Shown: positions 1 through 10,165 of the stretch, in pieces
Position numbering within the stretch: the first letter of the stretch is position 1
Layout of the letters: every line of letters starts with the position of its first letter
DNA from: Chlorokybus atmophyticus
Taxonomy: Eukaryota > Plantae > Mesostigma and Chlorokybus algae
Direction of reading: 5' to 3'
Length of the DNA stretch: 15,984 nucleotides
Assembly (NCBI GenBank): GCA_009103225.1
Contig: RHPI01000408.1
Location: 1 to 15,984, forward strand
The notes under the pieces: generated by a model
Database searches by the model: none
The model's input: the letters and a program-made list of their open reading frames with translations, nothing else
What the model was told of the DNA's origin: nothing
Program-made: the position numbers and the translations under genes

Positions 1-30
1 AACCCTAACCCTAACCCTAACCCTAATCCT
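1..30 (-). repeat. Telomere-type repeat array (TTAGGG)n on the minus strand, probably a chromosome end
   Basis: The window opens with four perfect AACCCT units (1-24) and one variant, AATCCT (25-30). The C-rich strand at the 5' start is the expected orientation for a left chromosome end. The array is short and may be cut by the window or assembly. Confidence 0.8.
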
Positions 31-438
31 TGGCACTTTATGTCTCGAGTTGTGGACTGTAATAAGTTTGTAGGCTTAGCAATAGGAGCCAGGCAGCATG
101 CGTGCTGTATAGATACTTGTGTGTCGTCCTTAAGTGTGATAGCGCTGGTGTGGTATACCTCGCTGCTTTGTTTCATGAAATGGCTCCCTCTGTGTACTGG
201 CTGTTATGCAGGGTACATGGCTATGTGTTGTATGTTTTTGTGTGTCAATGCGGTTGCCCACACCTTTGCAAAGCACACGCTACATATGTCTACGTGTTTT
301 TGGTTGGTTGATAGTCAATGCACACTGATGATGAGTGTGCAGATACAGTGTGTACAGCGTGTTTAGTCAGCAGGCACATGCAAAGCACAACCAAATACCC
401 TCGTGACATACAAAATAGGTTGCACACATGTTGCTGGT

Positions 439-469
439 CCCCCCCCCCCCCCCNCCCCCCCCCCCCCCC
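439..469. repeat. Poly-C/poly-G homopolymer containing an ambiguous base
   Basis: 31-nt C run with N at 454. True length is uncertain and this may be an assembly junction. Confidence 0.9.
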
Positions 470-667
470 TCCCACAAGCCACAAAACCCCTGTACACTCC
501 GCCGCCCATATGACTATATGCCTAACGGTAGCTGCCCAGACCTTTGTCATCGATGCGTCGCACCTGCTGCATTAGGACTTGCGGATATTGACTTCCACTT
601 TTTGTGCAAGCAATGCAATCTATGCACAAGTCTGAGAGACAGATAGATTGCCTACATTGCAGAGCTC

Positions 668-1303
668 TTATGTATTGACCACATTGATGGCCATCGCGTA
701 GCTGCCTCCCTCTTCGTCGCACTCCTTCAGCAGCTCTTTGTTTTGATCCTTCAGCGCTCTCACCTGTTTACACAAGCGGTAACCAAGCGCTGTTGTCTGC
801 ACATGTAAGAGTCAATGCCTGATCATGCCTACCTCCCTGGCTAGCTTGGCAATCTCCTTGTTTTGGGCTGTCACCTGCTGAGTTAGGCGATAACATGCAA
901 CCTGCAAAGCCAAGCACGGAGTTGACGCACAAATTCACGCAATACTCGTCCCCAGTGCAAGTGTTGTACATTGCATGTGTCGCATGTTACAAGCAAGACC
1001 CGTGTGCGCTTGTACAAGTGCATGCACGCCAGCATGCAACAGACAGCAAGCACTATGCCTTAGATTAGGTTAGCTTGAGGCAACATTGACGCACAAATGC
1101 ACGCAGCACTGGCGCGCACACCCCTACGGATGCGGTGCACATTCTACAAAATCACATTTCTTCTGCCACTTAATCAGCATCGCCTGTAAGTCATCATCAC
1201 CAGGCCCTACCGCCGCCGCCTCCGCCGCCGCTGACGTATTGCCTCTTTGCATGGTAGCACCGGCGGCAAGTGCACCCCTGCCCTTGCCCTCCACAACCAA
1301 TAC
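668..1303 (-). CDS. Partial spliced gene or pseudogene encoding a coiled-coil C-terminus (unknown protein)
   Basis: Terminal exon 763-668 follows aaacag| and reads VRALKDQNKELLKECDEEGGSYAMAINVVNT*. Exon 901-833 follows tttgcag|, reads VACYRLTQQVTAQNKEIAKLARE and ends at gag|GTAGGC. The 69-nt GT-AG intron 832-764 joins them in phase 0. A candidate upstream exon at about 1303-1148 (ORF 1124..1354, ...GDDDLQAMLIKWQKKCDF) has only a weak donor (gtagaa). The 5' structure is unresolved. Confidence 0.5.
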
Positions 1304-1827
1304 CTGGCCGCCGTCGCCCAACAACAACCACACTACCGGTACACGCCACAACAACTACACCAAGGCCGCCCCTACGCCTCTGCCTAACAACAAACACCCT
1401 AAGCAGGACCATTTTTCAGCCGTCTGGCATCAAACCTCTCACGCCTGAGCATGATGGGACGTAGACAACAGGTGACACCTGCCACAGCTGTCAACAACTT
1501 GTACATGACGACAGGCTAGACGGCTTCCACCTCCTTGAAGCAGGCACCCTGACTGCGCCGAGTGAGCCGCCATTCACTCAAACCGACATGAGCACAACTA
1601 TATATGTTGTTGATATTACGTCATGTGGACAAAAAGGTATGTTAGGCTTTGGTAGTCAATTGGTTGAAATCTTAACTAACATCATCAGATCTTAGGATCA
1701 ACTCCTAGCGTTTATTACCATGTCTGTAATTTTTGTAACACAGCTGAGCATTACCTGCAGTCCTGCGATGCCAACACCTAACACGAACCCCTCCGCAGAC
1801 TGAGTATGGATTTCGCAAGCATACATC

Positions 1828-2120
1828 ACGACCATGCATGGTGTGAATTGGCATTGTGGTTGTAATATTTACCACCACCACCACTACCAGGTCACAATAT
1901 CACAACCATTGATGGTGGTCGCTTGCATGGAGCACATGACTGGCCGACCATGCATGGTATGAACCTGCAAGTACGGTGTAAATGTACCACCAAGACATCT
2001 TGGTCACAAACACACATGGTGGTGACTTATTAATCGATCACATAATTGAACGACCATGTATGTACGTGATTGCCGTCCACATGCATGTGGTGGTGAGTTC
2101 ATCACCATATATGGTATCTA
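1828..2120. repeat. Degenerate ~105-116 bp tandem repeat with palindromic ACCATGCATGGT heads
   Basis: cgACCATGCATGGT occurs at 1829-1842 and 1945-1958, each followed by alignable tgtaa..taccacca..ggtcacaa..atggtggt. A third decayed head, cgaccatgtatg, is at 2051. Confidence 0.6.
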
Positions 2121-3175
2121 TATTCAGGCCAGATATGGTATGCATTCATACCACATACCGTATGGTCTGAATGGTCATGACGGCTAGCCACATGTGGTTA
2201 TTACTATTATGTAGGCCCTAGGTGGTCCTGACGTTGTGCCACATGTGGTGTGACCATTCTCGACCACACTGGTGTCATCCACAGGAGTATGGTTCGCGCT
2301 GACTTTTTCATGTGATTGAACTCAAATGCTGCTCCATCTGTTGTTTGCAGGGTCATCTGCATAAGTAGACCCACTATGTGTGCCAGCATCTGGTCAATTT
2401 TTTACAGCAGCAGCAGCATATGAACGCTCGCCAATAGACATATCAATGTAAACTGTCTCTAGGTTCACCTCCATGGCCATGTCACCGCCCACAGCAACAT
2501 CCACGGCTTACGTAAAAGCGTCACTCTACACATGCCGCCTACTGCACTCGCACCACCCGCCCCGCGCAAACACTTTAATCAGCACCAGTGGCCCAAAACT
2601 GCCGACAACTATCGTTGCAAGACGTCGACACAAGATGCATTGAGGTCAATCTGGTCAACAGTCAACGCATGTAAACGCCGGTCGACTGAAACAATGCCCA
2701 CCAGTTCAGCATCGTAGGCCATCGTTACACTGTCGACGTCTACAGATGCACAGGGGCGTTTCTCTGTCAACCATACGTCGACTACGCGAGTACACGGGCG
2801 ACACGCCGCGCGTTCAGGCAGCAAGGATTTGTGCGTTGGCGTTCCGACTGAAACGGGCCACTTGACTGGAAAATGCGGATGGTCGCCCAGGCAAGCTACC
2901 GCCCTTACATGAGGGTGCACTTGTAACGGTTCCAGATCTGTTCAGTATGCATCCAACGGTAGAATTGTACCACCTGGTTCCAGCCAATTACATTCGCCGA
3001 CTGGCCATATGGTGTTACCGTCCATAGGCACGCGCGTGAACGATGACACACAGGGTTGCACGGTTTATTATTAAAACGTTGATTGACGAATCATCTCGTT
3101 ACCGTCACCGTTACCGCTGGAGCACGCGAGTCCGTGGCGCGCGTGAGTGAGCCTAACAACTCTTTCCCGCCCGCC

Positions 3176-3200
3176 GGCCTGGCCTGGCCTGGCCTGGCCT
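3176..3200 (+). repeat. (GGCCT)5 microsatellite upstream of the RWA start codon
   Basis: Five exact GGCCT units. Confidence 0.9.
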
Positions 3201-3274
3201 GGCGGTGTCGTTACCGCGCGCGGGGTCGTTGATGACGCCGCTTACCTGAAAGAGAAGGGTGGTAGGGGTAGACA

Positions 3275-3304
3275 GAGGAGGAGGAGGAGGAGGAGGAGGA
3301 GGAG
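3275..3304 (+). repeat. (GAG)10 microsatellite in the putative RWA 5' UTR
   Basis: Ten exact GAG units ending 10 nt before the ATG at 3315. Confidence 0.9.
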
Positions 3305-3314
3305 TGGGGCAGCC

Positions 3315-6300
3315 ATGTCTGCCGCCACTGAGGCGGTGGTGATGTCGGACCTGCTGCTGCCCAGGCCGGAGCAGCCGGGCATTACGGCGGGACAGCTGGC
3401 GTGCCTCATGGGCTTCTGCCCGCTGGTGGTCCTATGGCTGTACGCAGAGTTTTTGCACTACTCCGCCGCCTCCGCCGCCTCCTCGCATGCCCACAAGGGC
3501 GGCAACGGCCTCACCGACAGCGACAAGGATGAGAGCGCCAGCAAGCTGCTCCTCCCCGCCACCATGGTGGACCACAAGGGTGAACCCTCTCCACACAATG
3601 GTAGTAGTAAAAGCGGCAGCAGAGTGGGGTTGTTGATGAAGCTGATGATGATGGAGCCTGCTGCCTGCCTTTCCCACCGCCTCACACTGCGGGCGATGGC
3701 GGAGTTTGGATTCATCATGGTCTGGTTCTACCTGTGCGACCGCACAGCAGTCATACCATCAGCAGAAAAGGTTGTGTTGCATTGCATTGCGTGGCATTGT
3801 CGCTTCAAGACACAACAATGCAATGTGCAACAACACATACATATACACATAACTGACATTGACATTCCCGCAGCTGTGTGTTAGTCCACAACAACACCGC
3901 AATGCGATGCAGTGCAACGTGATGTGTTGTGTGTTCATCTTCTTATGTAACTCTCTCTCCCTTGCAGCACTACAGCCGGGACCTGTTCATGTTTTTGTAC
4001 CTGATTCTTGTGGCGGTGTCGTGGGTGTACACCATGCACAAGACCACAGATCAGAACATACTGTCAGGCAAGTCCGTCGGACTACTCAACCGCGACCAGA
4101 CGGAAGAGTGGAAGGGATGGATGCAGGTAAGATTGCAGTATACGTAACACACAATGGCAATGCAGACAGTAACAACCACCGTAAGCTTGGTTATTGCCTG
4201 GTTTTTTATTTTTTAGTTGGTTGGTTGCGGTTTGCTTGCAGCAAAGGCGTAGGTCGCACCCGTACTCATGCATTGAAGAAGAATACATCTACTGTGTGCT
4301 TGACTGACTTCCGTTACACATCCACTTATCAGAAGTAGACATGACAATGCGTGATGACAACAGACTGGTCTTCTTGCGCAGGTCTTGTTTCTGATCTACC
4401 ATTACTTTGCTGCGGCTGAGCTCTACAACGCGATCCGCCTCTTCATCGCGTGCTACGTGTGGATGACCGGCTTTGGAAACTTCTCATACTATTACGTGCG
4501 CAAAGACTTCAGCTTCGGACGCTTCTGCCAGGCACGTCGTTTGTCATGTCAATGCACGCATGCGCGAGTGTGTTACAATGTGTGACACACATTGTGAGAT
4601 GGTGGTCGGACGTGTGTTGCAGATGATGTGGCGGTTGAACTTCATGGTGTTCATCGTGTGCGCGGTGCTGAGCAACAGCTACATGCTGTACTACATCTGC
4701 CCGATGCACACGCTCTTCACCCTGCTCGTGTACATACCCCTCGCCATCGCGCCGCACCTCAACACCAACACCACCGCAGTACTCTGCAAACTTGCAGGTA
4801 CGACCATTCCAGGATGTTGTGTCATGCCTGGTTGTCACACAATGTCACCAAGCCATGCACGCGTGCACGCACGCTTATGCGCATAGGAATGCACGCATGC
4901 ACTCAAGCATACACACGCGTGCGTGCGCACGCACATGCTTCGCGCAGGTTGCATCCTGTTTGTGATTGTGGTGTGGGAGTTGCCCGGCGTGTTCAGCGTG
5001 GTGTGGGGCCCGCTGTCGTTCCTGTTGGGTTACAAGGACCCCGCGCACCCGGAGCTGCCGCCGCTGCACGAGTGGGAGTTCAGGTCCGGGCTCGACCGCT
5101 ACGTGTGGATATGGGGGATGCTATGCGCCTTGGTGCACCCAGCGGTAATGACACTGCTCTGCATCAAGTGCTTGTCGTGCAGCCGGTGCTAACATGGGAA
5201 TGCTCACACGCGGATGTATGTATGCATGCATATGCTCCTGGCCCCATGCACTGTGCTATGCAAGTATGCAATCGTACATGTAACCTGTCAAATGCGTTGT
5301 GTAGGAGTACTGCACTACAAGAAAACGCACACATAATCTGTACGCGATGCACGCATGTAAGAGAAAGTGTGTGTGCTACACTATGCACATGACACTTAGG
5401 AACTTTATCCACACTCTGCTATATGTGCGCTTGTATGTATGGTTGAACCATGCATTCTTTAGTGTTGCATTTGCTTAGAGTAAAAGGTGTGTTGACAGTT
5501 GACAGTTGCACCTCCGACAGCATCTCCTTTTTTTAATAAGGCCATCACAACATTTGCGCAACCACACGTTGGGTGGTTGTGCAGTCGCGCACAATCAGCA
5601 ACATAACTACATGTACGTTTGCAGCAGTGTGAATTGACGCAATCCCCATTATGTGCGCAGATGGAGTCGTTGATGCGGAAGCTGGAGGAGCTCGAGCCCA
5701 AGCGAAGGGAGGTTCTGCGCTACAGCCTGATCGGGCTCTGCGTCGTGGTGGGTTTGTGCGTGTGGCGAGAACACAGCATGTCACTCCTCGCTTGCCCATC
5801 CACACATATTGACCAGCTGTTGTTTATGGGACAGGGTTGGGGTGGTTGGGGTGCGACGTTCTACACACTGCCAAAGTTGGAGTACAACAAGGTCCACCCT
5901 TTCACCTCGTGGATCCCCATCTCGTACGTGCGACTGATAGCCATGATGGCATGCACAGCAAGGAGCGCGTGCATGTGTGTGGACAACCACACATGCGCGC
6001 GTGCATGCACACGCGTGGGCACGCACACGAACTCCTTGCTATGTACACGCACACTCCTGACTCGCATTGCTATTGACACTGCAGGCTGTACATTCTGCTG
6101 CGCAATCTGTCGCCAACATTCCGACAGTACAGCATGCATCTCTTCGCGTGAGTGTTGTTCTGTGATGACATGCAGCAACGGAGTTGTTGGAAACGCTGCT
6201 TGCATCAATGCTGATCGATTGTGTTATCGCATGCAGATGGCTGGGAAAGATCACGCTGGAGACATACATATCGCAATTTCACATATGGCTAAGGTGGGTA

Positions 6301-6732
6301 TTGTATTTTGTTTGGCATGCGCTTGTGGAGTCAACGATCGTGTCACTTTGCTGTTGTGTACTTTCGTTACACATGAGAGGTTCTCTCGTTGTGCAGAACT
6401 GCTGCTCCTGATGCCCAACCCAAGCTGTTGCTGGCGCTCATCCCCGATTACCCGATGCTCAACTTCGCCCTCGCCACGTGCATATACATCTTTGTAAGTG
6501 GCACCACCACCCACACACATTGTCATCCGTATATAATTGTTGCCACTGATCAGCCGATGTTGGCGCAAATGTCCCTCGGCAGGTGTCGCTGCGGTTGTTC
6601 AACCTGACCAACACGCTGAAGAACTCGTTCATCCCGCTAAAGGACAACGCGCAGCTCGCCAGCAACATCGCGATGGGCGTGGCTGTGGTGGGCGTGCTCT
6701 ACGCCGTAGCAAAGCTCATACTTCTACTTTAG
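3315..6732 (+). CDS. RWA: Plant-type REDUCED WALL ACETYLATION / Cas1p-domain multi-pass O-acetyltransferase, 559 aa, 11 exons
   Basis: Exons: 3315-3770, 3968-4126, 4382-4531, 4623-4797, 4948-5144, 5661-5747, 5835-5923, 6085-6147, 6237-6293, 6397-6493, 6583-6732 (1680 nt, ends TAG). The spliced product has the family motifs [127 protein letters not shown] and LFNLTNTLK. The N-terminus [16 protein letters not shown] resembles plant RWA as I recall it. Nine introns are GT-AG and one is GC-AG. The exon 6 donor is the least certain boundary. Confidence 0.95.
4532..4622 (+). other. Non-canonical GC-AG intron (RWA intron 3, 91 nt)
   Basis: The conserved junction RFCQ|MMWRLN forces the splice cag|GCACGT...ttgcag|ATG. 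The nearest GT (4536) gives the wrong phase. Confidence 0.85.
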
Positions 6733-7656
6733 AACACCACCACCACCAGATAGGCAGCACGCTGTTGCAATGATGACTCACATTGTTTCCATTAGTTCAG
6801 GCTGCGATTTAATAGAACTAGTGTAGCACCCTAGTATAACTGAGGTTGAGGTTTCCGCACGTATTCATCGTTTGCATACGGGCGAGCGAGGGTTTTGGGA
6901 TTGGTCTGCAAGTGGCTTTCAGTGACACGTCAACGACTGTACCGGTGCTGGTGTGCGTGTCTGCAGTGCTGCAGCACCAGCTTATACGTGCACAAGTGGT
7001 GGGCTGTGTGCGCGCTGTTGTGCGGGGTGCTCTGTACTACACTTCATGCCGTTTCCTGGCCATTCCACTGTGTATGCACCATTGCGTTGCATTCAATGGT
7101 GCATGCTTGCAAGTGGTGCTCTGCACATGTTCAACAGGACTTCCTTGCCACCCTGCTCACTTACACCACGCACATGCACCTGATGCCAATGCTTGCTTGA
7201 CCGCAAGTGTTGTTGGCAGTGTGAGGCGCGAAAAGTTGCACAGCCTATGGAAACAGCATGTGTGATTGATGTTTACTGGGTAGGCAGCTACATGTGTCCA
7301 CACATGGCCACACAAGCCGGCTTTTGTGTGGTTCTACAACCAAAATAGGCATGCATGACGGGAACATGTGGTCACAATGTGCGGGCCGCCCTCCCACACG
7401 GAATTATACGAACAACAAATTCCATGCAGGCTGAATACGAGCACGCACCGGTATTGCAGCGGTGACAGAACAAACAGGAGTACAATAGGGGACAATTAGA
7501 CAAGATATCTGTGTGTGAGTTTGGCTGGCGTTGCCAACCGCGACGGGCACCTACTGCCCCGGCATAGAATGTCAATTATCGCGCAAGTTGCTACTGACAA
7601 AGTACATGGCGTTGAGGTTGTTCTGATGAGTGTTGTTGCGTATGTGCATGGATTTA

Positions 7657-8408
<752 letters not shown>

Positions 8409-8704
8409 CTTGAATCACGGACCGCACCCTCTCTCTGGCACTGTATCGATCAAACCTCTTTCACACCCACAGTCACACCTCCTCCTCCGCCGACAAGCAG
8501 CACAGGGGCGGCGCCGCCCTGAGGCCACACACCTCCAGCCAAGCTCAAGAGAGGGAGTAAATGCCGATACTAGACCAGAGTAACAAAGGGCGGCGACGGC
8601 GACAGAGAGCAAGCGACAACGAGGACAGAGCTTCTGCCGCCGCCGACTAGCCCAAGCGCGTCGCCGTTGCGGCCGCCCGCCTCAGCGCCTTAACCACCTT
8701 GTTG

Positions 8705-8980
8705 TCATAATTGGACCAGGTGGAACCTTTGGTCCAATGGGGAGGGAGAACCCGCGTATCGTGTAATACTTGGGGTATCGCGCTGTCGGTTCTGGACCAT
8801 CGGGTACCTACCGTTGGTTTTAACGAATTCTTCTATTATTAGGCCCAGGGGCGCTGTGGGCTGGGTGACGTACCTTCCGTCACGTAAAGGGTACTTACCG
8901 TTTTGCAGCGCATTATATTCCTTCTTTTCAAAAGTCTGATACCCGTCTGGTAGCCGCGCTGCCAGAGTAGTGCACCCCAA
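8705..8980 (-). other. Orphan open frame (91 codons, TTG start) with repeated [ND]G[RK]Y motif; coding status uncertain
   Basis: Stop-free frame with three in-frame motif copies (NGKYP, DGRYV, NGRYP). There is no upstream ATG and no recognised family. Confidence 0.25.
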
Positions 8981-9271
8981 AACCTAGCACCTCTGTATTG
9001 TTTTGTAATAACTAAAGTAGAGTTTAGGGTGCCATGTAAGCGGTGTTGTGCTTACCAACCAGTGCTTCACGTGTTAAAGGCATTCACAACAACTCACATG
9101 ACATCACATGCCCACGTCGTTTAACGTGGGCGGATAGTTCAACTTTGATTAACACTTTCAATTGTTTATGACACATATGCGATGGCATATACGGTTTAAA
9201 TCTCTTGCACTGATATTCGACTCAATCATTATCATCATCATTACAATGCGAGAACTGGAAAGAATTGGATG

Positions 9272-9504
9272 TGTCGTGCAAAGAAGCCTCACCTGCAGGG
9301 TATGTCTTGCAATGGGATGTGTGCGCAAAAGTGCACAGGTGTTTATAGTAAGAAATGCTGCAGAGCAGCGTGCGGGTCACGACGCATGGAGAGTTGCAAT
9401 AGCAATGTGCGTATTGGTGGCGTAGTGGGTGAAGAAGACCGTGGAGAGGAAAAATGATGATGATTGTTCCCCTAAGCTTGATATGTAGTAGTAGTCATTC
9501 AACA
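9272..9504 (-). mobile_element. Second, diverged copy of the gypsy LTR (solo or remnant LTR)
   Basis: Aligns end to end with 10166-10394 at roughly 75-80% identity by eye. Termini are TGTCG...CAACA. No target-site duplication flanks it (ggatg vs agctc). Confidence 0.65.
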
Positions 9505-10165
9505 AGCTCTTGAGCAAGAACGCTTCGAATATGCACACAGCAATCATGCAGTGTACGTGTGCGGGGTTGTGTAGCTAAGTGATACGAGATCACACACCAC
9601 AAGCACCAAGTGTGCAAGTGCGAGCAAGCACGGTCACACATATACATTAAGTGTGATGCGAGCAAGCACTACAGCAGTGTAAGACTCATGCAGTGTGCAC
9701 GTTGCAAAGGCGATGGCCACGAGCATGAAAGCAAAGAGTGTACACTTACAAGTGTACGGGCAAAGGCAAGTCTGGGAGTAAACAACAGTCTGTCGGTGTA
9801 GTGGATCCACTAATAGCACGTATACAACTGTCATTAAACGACTTGTAGTGCGTGGCTCCACTCCATTGAGCCTCGGGCGCTCATTGGTTTAAAGGTGGGC
9901 CAACGTGGTTAGTCTCGGGCGGTGCTATCGCCACCTCTGCTCCAGTCCGTCTACTTGCAACTCACTCACTGCCGAAGCTTGCTGCAGGCTTCGCCTAAGC
10001 CGGCTGTTAACACGGCCCGCCGAGATAAGAGCTGCGTCTCAAAAGGCGGAGCGTGTTGCTGGCAGTTATAAAGTAAGTTGAGTGATCCGGGCACCAATAT
10101 GACATCTCTGGTGCATTATGCAGTGCTAAAGAGAAGTGGGTGTCGAGGGTCACCGTTGTGACAGC

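Noticed and set aside
40-646. Several 60-108 aa Cys/Met/His-rich ORFs next to the telomere
   Set aside because: Their composition follows from TGCA/CATG/TGTG-rich non-coding DNA and the poly-C run. They show no motifs or codon bias.
1470-1540. + strand CHSC...GFHL resembling a second PHD finger
   Set aside because: The middle and final Cys pairs are missing, and the minus strand shows the more coding-like third-position bias.
3147-3314. N-terminal extension of RWA with an Arg run (ORF 3147..3884)
   Set aside because: It starts at GTG and consists of translated (GGCCT)n and (GAG)n microsatellites. Homology begins after the ATG at 3315.
4628-5392. 254-aa ORF overlapping RWA, and other ORFs within or antisense to RWA
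   Set aside because: These are shadow frames of GC-rich exons running into stop-poor alternating-repeat introns.
1490-6732. Alternative nuclear code (TAA/TAG = Gln) to explain the TAG-interrupted stretch near 1520
   Set aside because: RWA ends at TAG where homologues end, and more than 1700 RWA and copia codons contain no in-frame TAA or TAG. The standard code fits.
6846-7265. Three overlapping Cys-rich ORFs between RWA and LC8
   Set aside because: All three frames are open in TGC/GTG-rich sequence with no recognisable domain spacing. This is probably UTR or intergenic DNA.
8701-8766. + strand VVIIGPGG resembling a Rossmann-fold start
   Set aside because: The frame stops 14 codons later, has no start or splice support, and lacks the full GxGxxG context.
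9498-9511. 14-bp exact match (ttcaacaagctctt) to the copia LTR at 12304-12317
   Set aside because: About one 14-mer match is expected by chance in a 16-kb self-comparison, and it does not extend.
9688-9742. CARCKGDGHEHESKEC as a gag zinc knuckle between the LTR copies
   Set aside because: The His-to-Cys spacing is 6 rather than 4, and there is no surrounding gag similarity.
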